The notes beneath the pieces were generated by a model. It searched no databases. It saw only the letters and a list, made by a program, of their open reading frames with translations, and was not told where the DNA came from. Position numbers and translations under genes: made by a program. From Eimeria praecox (taxonomy: Eukaryota), in the NCBI GenBank assembly GCA_963920595.1, contig OY986947.1, forward strand, positions 2,480,001 to 2,544,000: a stretch of 64,000 nt of DNA, written 5' to 3'. Positions within the stretch are counted from its first letter, which is position 1, and each line of letters starts with the position of its first letter. This document shows positions 1-12,860 of this stretch, piece after piece.

Positions 1-1519
1 GTCCTGCAGCATGGCAACTGATGCTGCATGTCTCTGGCTTGAAGACGTATCGGTCATCTCTAGCGCACTAGCTAGCAATGCTTCTATTACTGATGCAGCA
101 GCGAACATCGCTATACACACTCGCAGGCCGGGCAGCCCCCATGCGCGCTTGCAGATTCTGCAATGGGGAGAGGCCCGCATTAGCATCTGCTGGATATTCC
201 AAGTTCTCCAGGTCGCGGCCATTTCCGCATACAGGAGATATAAAATTCCCTCTATGTGGGGTTGCGCGCAAAGTTGTACTTCTCCGATATGTGTCTAATC
301 CAAATACTTCATTGACGCTGCTGAAAAGGATGTACACACCGTGTTAGACACGCTACCGCAAGGGTGGCTTTAAAACCTATTAACCAAGATACCCGGTCCG
401 TCTACAGATTCACCTTGTAGACTCGTGGACTCTGGAAACAGGTACAACTACCGCTGTTATCCTTCCGCCCTGTCGGCGCTGAGGATCCACGGGAAGAAAA
501 AGAAGCCCTGCTGCCTCGGTTGGGTCATTTGATATTTAGTATGAATTCATGTGTTGTTCGGGAACTTGACGCCCAGGAGGTGTAGTGATGAGGGAGGTGG
601 GAACCAGCTTGTCTACTGAGGGAAAGCAGAGGCCGGGAGGTTCAGTGGCAAATAACTCAGCAGTGGGACCGGCAACTGAAGAGAAAAAACTCCTAAATTG
701 TTTTCTGAACGACCATGAATAAGGAAGCTTTACTAATTAATTTTACGCCTCAAAGAAGAAGACTGGGCCTGGGACCCTCATCGCCACGTCGCTGAATGAT
801 GAAAAAAAAGTACGGTAAGCAGAGGAATAAATGTTAATGGATACCAGTAAAATGCGTATTTTTACATATTGGAAGGCCATATTTGGAACCGCGTTCGTTT
901 CCACCATGAATTACGGCACAATCGGCGGGCTCCCAACGCTCTTGCATCGAATTCCACGCACGATGCAATGGGGAGCAATGGGGATCCTCTGACGGTACAT
1001 CTTCATACTATCCTTCTGGCAAAGTTATCCTGGTTTTTTCCTGGCTGGAAGCGGCTAGAAATGGCCGTCGCTTGTGTCAGCAGCTTGCAGTGCATATTTC
1101 TTTTCTTAGCAAGGTGAAATAGGCATATATGCAACATACTCTGTATAGTGTGTGGCACTACACATTTGCACTGAAATCGCCTCCCAACGTTAGACAAAGC
1201 AGCGTAAGAACAAATACTGTAAATTCCGAAACAAAGCATAAGAACGAAAGTGAGCTTCGCGGCAGATTACGGCTAGCGCGCACTGCAGCTTTGCCCACGA
1301 CTTGCATATACCGATCCGCATTATTACTGCCACTGGCACGACCCGGGGAGTGCTCTTTCCCTCGGGGGAGAGTTCCTTCCTTTGGGGATAAGTGGAGTCT
1401 TATGATGTATGCCCTTGGCCCTATAATGCAGGTTTCGATGCATTTAGTGAATGGAGAATAGAATGCATCTAGACAGCTAGCGTAGGAATACAGGTAGTTG
1501 GTAGGCCGGGCCCAGCTCA

Positions 1520-1890
1520 CTACAGCATGTGCGATGGTGGTACTCGTATCTATACTTCCTCACATGCCGCCTATGGAGGGCCAAGGCTCAAGCACGTCTG
1601 TAACAACTGCCTACACTACAGTCTACAAAGTTAGTCTAGCATGGTCTGCATGGTGTTGGTACTGGTATCCCTACTTGTCCGCAGGTTAAATAAGGAGGTT
1701 CAAGAAAAGGTTTAAATATCGTCTACACTTCAGTCTACATTGAGAGCACATGCACCGAAGGGACATTGGCTATGCGTGCACGTGGGGCCGCCTTCCAGCA
1801 CTAGTCACACTAAGGAGCGCTGCAGTGCATGACAGGGCCGGCCTGTGCCCGCACCAACCCACGCCCTAGGGCGTCTGTGCCGAGGGTGCC
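1520..1890 (+). repeat. Dispersed LTR-like repeat family copy, with a partial tandem duplication at ~1520-1635
   Basis: Core TAGCATG..GGTACT(C/G)GTATC..GTCTACAC..GCTGCC..GCACTAGTCACA aligns by eye to 12337-12510 and, reverse-complemented, to 4320-4580, 12600-12860, 13890-14165, 19670-19914, 23810-24030 and 38520-38860. Confidence 0.7.
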
Positions 1891-2479
1891 TTTCACGAAC
1901 TCTTTCTTTCAGCAGTTGACCCAGTTGCAGCTCGCCAGGATCCCCCGACGAGAGTCCCTGACGTAGAGATACGCGTATCAACACCACACAGAGCATGGTA
2001 CATGGGAACGCTACTCCTTTAATCAGCTCGAGCCCTTATCTGCTTGATATCCCAGCAAAGGAAAGGTTCACCGAGAGGGGCTTTCGTAGAGAGTGCTTGC
2101 TGCTGTTCTAGAGGGTGCTAGTGGGGCCCCCTTGATGCCGACGGAGTTGATTGCTTTCCCAGTGAAAGCAGGCAACTACAGTGAGTCTCTGTGCAGAGGC
2201 CTTGGCCTTCACGTGTTCTGTGAAGTTGCACAACACGGCCAAATGGCCTGCTGGGTCATGTTCAAGCAGCAACTCTTGATATCCCCAAAGGCTCTAGGAT
2301 CGGGTAAAGGGTCCCTGCGTAGCCCGAGCAGCATGGTAGGTTCTTCATGCAGATGCTTGGAAGGCGATATACTCCGGGGTACCCTCTACCTGAACTCGTT
2401 GCAAGCAGGGCTACATACGCCGTCTTGCGGCCTATCAGCATATCAATTGCGCTAGGTACAGAAGACTCGCTTTCGTAGA

Positions 2480-4300
2480 GGCCAATTTTATAGCCTCTGC
2501 TTAGTCAGCCTTATGTGCCGCCGCCTTACAGCTCAGGATGCTCCCAAAGAAATAAACTGTGAAGCGCAGGTCTTCGCTGTTAATGCTGCGGTCCAAATTA
2601 TTCGCGAAGACGTTAGCGCTGCCGGTGTTAAGCTGGAGTCAGGCTGGTCCCGCATGTTCCTGGAGAGCGGCCAGCGGACCAGCGTGCAGTTTAAGGAGTC
2701 ACGAGGCCGCTCCGCATCCGGAAATATCTGATAGTTAACATTTGCTCACAATTACATAGCGCAGGCTCCTTCAGGTTCTGCTGTCCTGCCTGGCGCGAAT
2801 AGGCATCACGGGTTCGGCAGAGTTAAGCGCTTCACACACTATCACGGTGTCCATTCAGATCCCTCTTGACAAAGATTGTGCACGAGCTCAGGTGTGCGAG
2901 TGTTCTACGGCTTCTGCTGTCGACACTCCCGGCAAGTGAAGACGCATTCTTCAGCTGAGGTTCGCGTCATAGGCCACTAAAAGGAGCTAACAACCTGCTC
3001 CGTCGTTGTACTGACACATCAATGGCGGGGTAAAGCATGATCGTGCAAGTTGTGCAACGCCTACGTGCGAAGCGACGCTGGAACGTCTGATCAGAAGGGT
3101 CATGGTTCGGGTCATGCTTCGCCTCGTACCACAAGCGATCGTTGCCGGCGCTGTAGTGCTTAACCCGTTTCCCGATGTTGAGTTTTGCGAGAACTGCACA
3201 GGCACGACTATCTAAGCAGCAAGAAGACAGAACAGAAAGCGGTAATCATTGCATATAGGCCCAGTTGAAGAACAGGGCCTAACCGGTAATTCGTCGTGCC
3301 CCATCGATCAAGCACTGTGTTCTGCAATGCTGCACCGACGCCACTAGTGATAACTCTGATATGCTTGACTGTGAAGTCGTACTGCGTGAGCTGCCCAAAC
3401 CACGTAACCCTTTTTGTCTTTCACTGTCACAGTCCTGAAAATTCTTCGTCAACTGTGTCAGTGATTGATGATCGGTTAGGACAGTGATGTGCCTGCCATA
3501 CAAGTAATTACGGTACCTTTTACAGCCACCAGGCCATGTAGAACTCGCTATCAGGCACCGGATGCTTTTTCTCTCTCATCATGAAGCAGTGTAAGTAGCT
3601 GGCGATTAGCTGGCACGTTTTGGAGTCACGCTGCTCGGCAAGCCCTGCAGAATTTCTGGGAACCGAATTCGCTGGCTCCCGTCGGTTAGCGTTTCTAATC
3701 CCTTGCTGGGCTAGTCTGGCATTCACAGCCCCAACCCACAGACTACAGGTCTGGGTCGTTCGCAAATCCTCTTTCTTCCTCAAGCTATTGCTGGGGGAGT
3801 GGTCTTTTCTTTTATGCGGAGGTATTCTACCATCTCGGCAAGATCAACTATTTCAAACTTCAGTTCTCCATCTGCTGCCCAGCCGACTGCCGGTCTCCTC
3901 TTGCTATGACCCAACCCTACAGGAGTTCCTGGTCAACCATTGAGCTTCTGCTCACCAATGAATGGTTCTCCTCAGTGCAGCTTCCTTCGGGTAGTTTGCA
4001 TGGGTTAGGATTTTTCAGTTCCACTGTAGCATGTTTCCTAGCCGATCAGCGAATAAACCTGCATTGCAGAGCATCCCAGAAAGCTTGCATGGTCCTAATG
4101 CACTCTGAGAAAGCGTTATATTTGCTTCGATGCAACAAACTTCTTCGTGCTTCCTGTTCTAATAACAAGATGCCGATCCCGAATGCAGATCTTACGGTGC
4201 CACCACTTGTAACGTGCACCGTGAGTCCTTGCTCCTAGCTGAGAAGCGTCGTGAGCTGCAGTACTCAAAAGCTGAAGGAAAGAGTCCACAAAAAGCAGAC
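2480..4300 (-). mobile_element. Degenerate Ty3/gypsy LTR-retrotransposon pol relic (RT fragment, RNase H, integrase)
   Basis: Minus-strand translation gives RNase H-like RTTQTCSLWVGAV and QLIASYLHCFMMREKKHPVPDSEFYMAWWL*RYRNYLYGRHITVLTDHQSL (3430-3790). It also gives integrase Zn-finger-like CRECRQQKP*NTRTPELVHNL (~2870-2940), core-like SEDLRFTVYF (~2550-2580) and weak RT-like WWHRKICIRD (~4170-4210). Many stops and frameshifts. Confidence 0.7.
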
Positions 4301-4319
4301 GATCGCCCCTCCAGAGTCT

Positions 4320-4580
4320 TGGCCCCTGAGCATAGCGGTTCAAAGGCTTGGAGCTGGTGGGGAGAGGGGCGGGCCTCGCGCGGGCTGCAATGCACCTTGT
4401 TCCAGCTATTGTTTTCACGTTAGCCTCACCTGCACGTTAAACGAAGACCCCTTTGTTACATGCTATAGCACTGTGCAATACACTGTAGTGTAGACAGTCG
4501 CTAAAGACTTTCTTGGCCCTCGGTAGTGAACCTACGTGCAAGTAGATATGTGAGTACCAACCTCAAGCAGAGCATGTTAA
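4320..4580 (-). repeat. Dispersed LTR-like repeat family copy
   Basis: GTAGTGTAGACAGTCGCTAAAGACTTTCTTGGCCCTC..GAGTACCAACCTCAAGCAGAGCATG matches the reverse complement of 12337-12440. Confidence 0.65.
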
Positions 4581-4599
4581 AGTGTACGTTTGTAGTTGT

Positions 4600-4657
4600 C
4601 TAATATGTATGCATGATTGCATATATCTATATGTATATACCCATATCTATCTATGGG

Positions 4658-4727
<70 letters not shown>

Positions 4728-4943
4728 GTATAATAGTGGTATCTCTATCTGTATCTGTGTTAATATCTGTATATCTATATCTGTATGTGTGTATCCATAT
4801 ATTTATATCTCCATCTGTATCTATATGTATATGTAGCTATATATATCTATATATCATATTATATATCTATATATCTATATATAGATATATAGATATCAAT
4901 ATATCTATATCTATATCTATCTATGTATCTCTCTCTCTCTCTC

Positions 4944-5001
<58 letters not shown>

Positions 5002-5005
5002 TATA
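4600..5005. repeat. (AT)n microsatellites with degenerate ATCT/ATGT simple sequence
   Basis: Pure (TA)n at ~4650-4720 and ~4949-5005, separated by (ATATCT)-like degenerate repeats. Confidence 0.95.
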
Positions 5006-5934
5006 CCCGTAGTTGTGTAGGCATGCAAAGCTCCCTCTTTTGCTGCTTTTGCTGCCATCGCTGTTTTTGTAGCAGCAGCAGCAAGGTACTGTAGGCACGC
5101 CAACAGATGTACTTCTTTCAAGGCGAAGACTCGCGTGCTGAGCTCTAGGAGCACATCACTTCCCTGCAGTGTACCTAGAGCTGCTTGCCACACAGTGGAG
5201 GCACAAGAGCGAAGGAGAGAGATCTCCTATCTACAAGTGTCTGGTCCAATACGAGCTTGAGCTCTGCAGTACACCACAGAGCCCAAAAGTTCCAAAAAAG
5301 GCTGTTGCTATGCTCTGCGCCGTCTGCGTATTCCTCATCGAAGCGACCCAGTTATTCTTAGCAGTTTCACACAGTCCATCTGCCGATGGCGTTAATGGCT
5401 GGCCCAACGAAGCGAATGCTTCACTACTTCGATCCGCTTGCTTTAAGGGTTTAAAAACCACAGGAAGTTTTGCATCTTACCCATAAATGGGGCTTACAGA
5501 AAGCTGGCACTTCGATTTTAAGGGCAGCCTTGCACCAGAAGTTACTGTCTACTCATACTACTGCCTCCACATGCCTCCCTCTACCAGTTATCTCAAACTA
5601 GCTGTCTCCCTCTGCCTGTCCCCCCCTACCTGTCTCCTCCCAACTGCCCCTATCTGTCCCTAACGTCACGGTTCTCCTTCGGCTGCCCGCACCTAACTGC
5701 TCCCATTTAGCTGCGTCCATCCAACTACGTTATTTTGGCTGCGTTGGAGGCTAAGCAGGAGAGACAGCTACCGCCCTTCTAACACTTCCAATTGCATCTA
5801 CACCCTCTACTGTCCGCTAGTTGCTGCTGCGTTTACAGGGACCCTAAACCTCGCAAACCCTTCACCCCGCACATCACCCGTATCTCGTGCCTCCAGCTCA
5901 GCTGCGGAGGAGCCCTCCAAGCTGTACAACCTCA

Positions 5935-6176
5935 ACGGTTAGCTAGCTAGCCCAACAACAGCTAGCTACAGCTAGCTAGCCAGCTAAACAGCAACCAGCT
6001 AGCCGCTCACAGCAGCGACTTTCCAACAAGAAGCTGGTCAGCTAACCAACCAACCAACCTCGCCAGTCCTTCCTAAACATGCCCACAAACCCGTGCGGCG
6101 CCCGCTACAGCCCTCCTGGAGCACAACGGAGGCAAGAGGTCTCGGCCTCACCCCTTGGTAGCTAGCTAGCTAGCTA
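5935..6176. repeat. (AGCT)n / (AACC)n tetranucleotide low-complexity tract
   Basis: agctagctag arrays at 5941-6002 and 6160-6175, and aaccaaccaacc at ~6044-6060. Confidence 0.8.
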
Positions 6177-6532
6177 TGTGGCTGATGCTCGCTTATGAAA
6201 TACGTAGAAGGAGGCTGCGCTTATCGCCGATCAAACCCCTGCGGAGCATTTCCATCCCTCACGTGTCTGCAGCATTGGAGGTGTACGTGCACCTTCACAA
6301 TGCATGCGAAATACATGTACCTTCACCCCTTGCGTGCGAGCGCTACTATTTGAGGAACATGTACAAATCGCAGGGATGCACGTTGGCTGTACATCCACAC
6401 TGCTGCATACGGCGTTTGAGGTGTGCGACCACCCTGCAGGTATACGCGCTCCTGGAGTGCACGTACACCTCAGAGAAGAATGGGGCATTTGAGGCGTATA
6501 TATACCTCGAAATCATCATGCCAGATGGCACG

Positions 6533-8777
6533 CTAGACGTTCTCACTAAGCAAAAACTGCACGGGGAGGCCGCGACTGACGCTGCAACAGAAACGCCCAA
6601 AACATGTTACTACCGCTGCTGTTGGTGTTGCAGCTGTTGCTGCTGCTGTTGCAACGGACGGAGTTCTTCTAGGCGCTTGGTGGGTTGGTTGACTGTGATT
6701 CGTCTGTGTGCTAATCTAGGCAGTGCCTCTTGTGCTTGACGTTAAGGGTTCAGAGCTTAGGGTTTGTTACCAGCGGATGTAGTGGTAGATGAAATCGCCC
6801 ATCACCACCAGTTGAACGAACTCCATACCGATAACCCACAGACCCACGTAAGAGCGGAACTACGAAAACGAAAGCAAACCAAAGGAAATAATAAGAGGGA
6901 ATACAGGGGAAATAAAGGGGCAAACGGCCACGTACGAGACACAAAGGAGCAAAAGTAGACAGGCGATAACGGAGGCACGAGTAAATAAGATGGGCCAGGA
7001 GACAAAGATGGGATGGGAGGCACCAGGACGCTACGTGAGACACAAGGCGATAAAAGTAGACAAAAGAAGACAAAGGTGGCGAAAGAGGACACAGGGAGCC
7101 ACGGGGAGCGAAGGAGACGAAACGAGGTATAAGGTAAGATAACGAGGCACAAGGAGGCAGAGACGACGTAGGGCAACACAAGGAGAGAGACACACTCACG
7201 CGCAGACGTAATTCAAAGGCGAAAGCAAACGTACACAAACAAAAACAAAGGAAAACGGGTGGGTTGGGGAGACACAGGACACACAAAAAGACAGAGGGGG
7301 ACACAGCCCACAACCCAAGAAGGAAACAGGAGTCATGCAACAAAAAAGCGCAGCAACTGACTCAAGTAAAAATACAAGCAAATGGAGACGCCAAACGAGA
7401 CAGAAGCACAGACAAGAAAAGAAGACTATAACAGACAGGAAAAGCAGAGACGAGCAAAAGGAGACACTAAAAATGAGCTACAAACAAGAGGAAACGCCTA
7501 CAGAAGGGACAGAGCAATACGTATCGTAAGCCAAAGAAATGTGCTGGTAAGAGGCAACTGCCGCCAACAAACATCTGGCAAACCCCACCACAGGCTTTAC
7601 GGTTTGGGGTTTAGGGTGTGCTTACTGAATTTTGAGGACCGTTCAGCTCAGAGTACGAGGATACCCAAAAGATGAAAGAGATTGCCTGTAGGAAAAAACA
7701 GCACGATACACACTTACTGCTGGCTGCTACTGTTATTGTTGCTGTTGCTGCTGCTATCGCTTCTGCTTTGGCTGCTGCTCGTGCGTCCTCTTGCGGGAAA
7801 CGAACTTGGGAAAGGGCTTGGCCGGCAAGAAAGTGAGAAGTGAAGGGCTCCACCTTCCCCTGCGCATCATAAACCCTGAACCTTAAAAGCCTAAACCGGC
7901 AGACCCAGGGGAAGCAGCACACCTTCCGTGGCCGTTGCTGTGTTGGGATGCAGATGCAGATACGGGGCTGTGCACGGATTAAGATTTAGGGTTAAGTGAT
8001 TCGGCTGGTAACCGCCGGGCCCAAAGACAGATTGACAGAAGACAGATGAAGCGAGACAGACAAAATGGCACATACAAATTGAGACATACCACAGGGGAAA
8101 GAGAATATTGGGCACGTTAAAAGGAGAGAAAAGAACGGAATTATATAGGGAGGCAAGAAACGGAGGCAACGACAGATGAATGCCAATGCGAGTGCCCAAA
8201 GGAACCATAACCAGTTTAAGACGAATGGATACGGGAGTCAAAGAATAGCAGGAGCAGCCACAAAGAAGAGACAGAGGCAAATACGAAAAGCCAGAGACAA
8301 AGCCAAAAAGAGGCAGCGACAAAGGTGAGGAGAGCCAGGGACGGATACAGAACGAAGCTGCGGTAATGGTAGAATGAGAATGAAACAACGAAAGCGAGAG
8401 GGAGACTGCAGAGAGAAGAAAATTCCACCTCCTTACCTGTTTCTGAAACATAAAGAGCTGTGGCAGAACTGCCACCGACTCTAAGTACAAAGCAAACGTC
8501 CACGCCACCTGCCCAAAAGGAGACGACACAAACAGACATAGGAGGAGACAAGAGGAGACAAATGAAGAACAGCACACCCCGAACCCCAAGCCATGGAAGA
8601 AGCACACCAGTACGAAGACAGGGACCCTCAGGTAAAGAGAAAGGCAGATACAAAGTGGAAGAATGGACGAGGCGAGTGGCAAAGGAAACAAATGACCACA
8701 AGCAACACGAGCGAAGACAGACACAAAGACAAAGAGACAGGCATCTGCCTGTGTTATACAATTAAAGAGGACGCCAA

Positions 8778-8829
<52 letters not shown>

Positions 8830-10969
8830 ATTCCTTATGTGCGTAGTGATATGCGTGTTCGCCGCTGGTGCTAGTGCATTTGTACCATATTGTTTGGCTG
8901 ATTAATTCTATGTTGCATGCATTATTTCATCTGTATGCCTTGTAATCTCTGTTCGTACCGTATTCCTTGCAATATACTACTCGCATTATCTGTCTGCATA
9001 GCACCCCGTGCACTATGCTATTTGCCTCAAACTGCTTGCATCGTATTAGTCGCACTGCTATTTGCACTGCTATGCTATTTATCTGCATTGCCATCTGTGC
9101 TGGTTATACTGTCTTGCATTACGATACATACAAAAACCGGCATTTGCACTAGACTATTTCCTGTAGCATGCGCTGGTACTAAATCGTTTGTAGTATGCTA
9201 TTTGTCTGTATCCTATTACATGCTTGTATTATACTGCTAGTACTGTTATATATTTGCACTGTGCTGGCTGTTTGTTCTACACCATTTGGTTGCATTCTAT
9301 GACATGCACTACACAGCGTTTCTGCATTACATTACACATCAATACTTCACCACTTGCTTGCGTGATTCCTACTACACGAATTGTACTGTACTATATGTTT
9401 ACACTATTTACGCACATCAGCAGGCAGGAATGCATTAAGGGACGGGTGGAAGAAGAGGGCGAGGGCAAAGCATCCAAGAGAGAGTCCCCAATGGGGAAAA
9501 TTGTCCGCTGCTTTCTCATAAGAAGAAACGAATCTGCTCCGGCACTGGAAAACAACAAGACCAGACAGCAGAAGAGACAGTGCCTCCAGTGTCTGATACA
9601 GCCAATCCCCAGAACGGTCGTAAGGCAGATATCTGCAGGAGCAGCAGCACACGCACCAGCAGCATCACCAACAGCAAATCTGGCACCACCAAAAACAGAA
9701 GCAGCACCACTAGCACGGATTGGGCTAGCGTTGCAGCCGTGGGGGGGACGAGGAGTCAATTCACGACACGGGAGCAGAAACAAGGAGACAGAGACAAAGA
9801 CAAATAAATAAAATACAGGTTAAACAGAGGGAAAAGAATATGTGGTGAAAAGTAGACATTGCGTAAGAGAGGCATATGAAAGAGATATGGGGGCAAATGC
9901 CCGGAGGCCAAGAAGAAAGGCATATGCTAAAGATAAAGGAACGAAATGGAGTCAAAAAACGACACATGAAATGGAGGCTGAACTGGGATACACGAAAAGG
10001 AAAGAGGAAGCAAGCGCAAAAGGGAAGGAGAAAAAAAGGCAAAGAGGGAGACAACTGCCACGATAAAAAGAGACAAAAGAAATGGAGACAAACCAGAAGG
10101 AAACAAAGAAGGAAGGGGGAGGCACAGACATGAGAAAATCAGGCAAAACAAAAGGCGACTGGGACTCAGAGGAGGCGTACCCTTCATAGGGGACGATTGA
10201 ACAAAGACGGGAGAAGATGAGGAGGACGTAGCACTCAAACATTCTTAGAGAAACTCCAGCGCAACTTTTGGTTTGTTCAAGCTTGTACAAGACCATAAGA
10301 AAAGAAAACGTTGATATCAACGAGGAGACAGTCATTAAAAAGGAGAAGTCCCCATCCGAGAACAAATGATACACCAAGAACACAACCAAGAAAAGGCCTG
10401 TCCATGCCTACCGAACCAGAGACAAACAAACAAAAGAAAGCCACTAACAATGTAACAAAGCAGAGCAAACGAACAGGTTAAGATTGCCTGCCGAACGGAA
10501 ACAAGCAAACGAACCAAAGACAAACAAAAAACAGAAAGAAGATCGGCACGAGGGAAAAAAGCAGAGGCAAGCAAAAGGCAACAAGCCCTCATCTAGAATA
10601 CTAGCAAACAAGTAGGCCGATAACCCAAAGGAAGGCAAACAGACTAGATTCGAGCACAGAATCAACAATGCCGATGCGCACACAACTCCGAATACAACGG
10701 AAAGAAAGAATCAACGAAAAAAATGCCTTCCAAAACCATAGCCCTAACCCCTAATACCTTTATATTCCTAATGACAGAGGTTTCCTCTCCTATGCGCTGT
10801 GCTCTAAGCTGTGCTGCTCCCCATATCCTGTCTACACGTAAACAATACAACTACGGTTTACAGATTAGGGATTACGGTTTACTTGGACTGAAGCCTGATG
10901 CGTGTTCAGCCACTTCATCAACTTCTCTCGGTTACTGACCACCCGCGCGGCCTCCCTGACGCGCTCCAT
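6533..10969 (-). CDS. ER lumen protein-retaining receptor family protein (ERD2/KDEL receptor-like, PF00810), 8 exons
   Basis: Spliced translation: MERVREAARVVSNREKLMKWLNTHQASVQ / AWTGLFLVVFLVYHLFSDGDFSFLMTVSS..KSCAGVSLRMFECY..RLCSIVPYEG / YLPYDRSGDWLYQTLE..HPSLNAFLPAD / VAWTFALYLESVAVLPQLFMFQKQ / GKVEPFTSHFLAGQALSQ / AISFIFWVSSYSELN.. / FRSYVGLWVIGMEFVQLVVMGDFIYHYIRC / VSRGLPVQFLLSENV*. GT-AG boundaries. LESVAVLPQL and GxSL are family signatures. Internal exon edges approximate; upstream exons at 11070-11360 may be UTR. Confidence 0.9.
8780..9390. repeat. Intronic (AT)n microsatellite followed by a degenerate TGC/TAT-rich simple-sequence tract
   Basis: (AT)n at 8780-8825, then about 550 bp of tgcatt/tactat/ctgtat-like units inside an ERD2-like intron. 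Confidence 0.75.
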
Positions 10970-10984
10970 CCTGAAGACCAAAAA

Positions 10985-11030
10985 TCCAAACCCTGAACCC
11001 TAGACCCTAAACCCTAAACCCTAAGCCTTT
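10985..11030. repeat. Telomere-like (AAACCCT)n heptamers
   Basis: aaaccctgaaccctagaccctaaaccctaaaccctaagcc; also at 11418-11441. Confidence 0.9.
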
Positions 11031-12264
11031 AGGGGCTCTAGATCTGCACCACAGAGACAGTTGAGCGAATCAAAACACATAAGCCCCTAGCGGCTTGCGG
11101 CTGGCACCCTTGCCGGACAATGCTGCTGCTGCAAGCGTTGCATCTTTACCTGCTGCTGCTGCTGCTCCGGAAGGAGCCGCTGCTGCAGTTGCTCTCGTCA
11201 CCCAGCAACCGAGGAAGGGTCTAAATGTAGCTTTAGAAGGTCCTGCTACTGGTGTGAGCAGCATAAACGAAGCTAGCATCAACAGCAACAGCAGCAGCAG
11301 GCCGCTTACTTTGCCAGTCGTGGAGCCGCAGACGACTGAGGGCGTCGGGGTTTCTTGAGGAGATAAAATCCACAGGAAAAAGAAAACAGGAGGACGAGGA
11401 ATAGGTACTTGACGGGGGAAACCCTAAATCCTAAACCCTAATAGGCAGACACAGCAGCTGCAGCAGCACTGGTAGCAGCACCGGCAACAGCAGCAACAAA
11501 AGTACAAACAGACTTCAACGAAGAAGAAGCGCCCCAATCCTGTTAATTGCTCAAAGATTCTTCAGAAACAGACGAATGGCTGGCCACAAACACTACGCAA
11601 AGTACAACAGCAGCAGCGGCAGCAGCACAGCATCAGCAAGTCTATAGAACGTGAGCCGTAGGGGCCCACCAGCCAGCCAACAGCCACCGGCAACTTCCAG
11701 CAGCAGACAGCACTTTGTCCTTCTTATGGCAGTTAACGGCACAAAAGTTGTTTTTCTAACTATAATGTTCAGGGTTTAGAGTTTTTTACTGCCTCCAGCT
11801 GCCAGGAGGACTGCAGACACAGTGCTGCTGCTGCTGCTGCTATGCATCGTGCTGCTCGTCGCTGTTGTTGCTGTTGTTGTTGCTGCTGGTATTGCTGTTG
11901 CTGCTCACATTTGCACCTGGAATTCTTGTACAGTTATTCGCCCCAAAGAAGGCAAACGCTAAGCCCTAAACCCCAGACTGCACACACATACGAGCGTTGC
12001 CAACTTGCCCGGCTGCTTCCTGTGGGCAATGGCTACTAGCTAGGGGCGAAGGAATGCTACAATATTCAAAGAGTTGAGATAAGAGCCCCCTCAAAGCAGC
12101 TTACAAACCTTCGAGCCCCAGGACGAGCCCCAGGACGTGCTGGGGACAGACATGGGGCGACCGCGAAGAGGAAACGGGGCGGCAGGTTCTTCGTCATATT
12201 GGTCCTCAGGCCGGTACATATTCGCAGATTGGCAATAGCGAACAAAGCAAGAGTTTAAGTGCCA

Positions 12265-12510
12265 ACAGTGCAGCCTACAAGGTTAGTGTATGCAGCCAAA
12301 GGATTGGTTGTCCTGTAGGGGGCTGCCTTGCTGCATGTAGCATGCTCTGCGTGGCGCTGGTACTCGTATCCAGGCCTGACCGCAGGCTCGGAATGGAGGG
12401 TCAAGTACGTCTTTAAAGGCAGTCTACACTCCAGGCTGCAATGCTAGCGCACGCACCGAGAGGGCGTTGGCAGTTCATGCATGTTGGGCTGCCCTGTAGC
12501 ACTTGTAACA
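12265..12510 (+). repeat. Dispersed LTR-like repeat family copy
   Basis: GTAGCATGCTCTGCGTGGCGCTGGTACTCGTATCC..GAGGGTCAAG..GGCAGTCTACAC..GGGCTGCCCTGTAGCACTTGTAACA, homologous to 1638-1810. Confidence 0.7.
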
Positions 12511-12599
12511 AGAGCCCTCGATATGACCGGAGGGCCCTTGTGAGCTGTATTACGGTCAAATACGTAAATACAGAGTTCGCAAAAGTCAGATTCACTTAT

Positions 12600-12860
12600 A
12601 CCCAGCCCCTAGCTCTCCTGGGTACTACTTCCCAAAGGCCTGAGTTGGTGGGGACGCGGGCAGTCTTGTCACGGCTGCAGCGCAGAGGCTGCAACGCGCC
12701 TTGCTGCAGCTAATGCTCCAAGGCAGCTCCACATGTACGCACAGCCAAAACCTTCGTGAATGCATTCGCTGGCATTGTAGACTTTAGTGTAAACTGTGCT
12801 TAAACCCGTGGCCAGCGTGCGAGCAAGTAAAGATACGAGTACCACAGAGATGAGGCTACA
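12600..12860 (-). repeat. Dispersed LTR-like repeat family copy, inverted relative to 12265-12510
   Basis: Reverse complement reads GGTACTCGTATCTTTACTTGC..AAAGTCTACAATGCCAGC..GAGCTGCCTTGGAGCATTAGCTGCAGCAAGGCGCGTTGCAGCC. Confidence 0.7.

Noticed and set aside
1638..4580. DIRS-like element because inverted repeats flank a pol relic
   Set aside because: The relic shows DDE-integrase-like rather than tyrosine-recombinase motifs, and the repeat occurs dispersed elsewhere.
4582..5193. ORFs reading IYIYIY/YIYI
   Set aside because: Translations of (AT)n microsatellites, not genes.
6750..10680. Long hydrophobic F/L/S/C-rich minus-strand ORFs and K/R/E-rich plus-strand ORFs
   Set aside because: Arise from pyrimidine-skewed introns; only short embedded pieces are ERD2-like exons.
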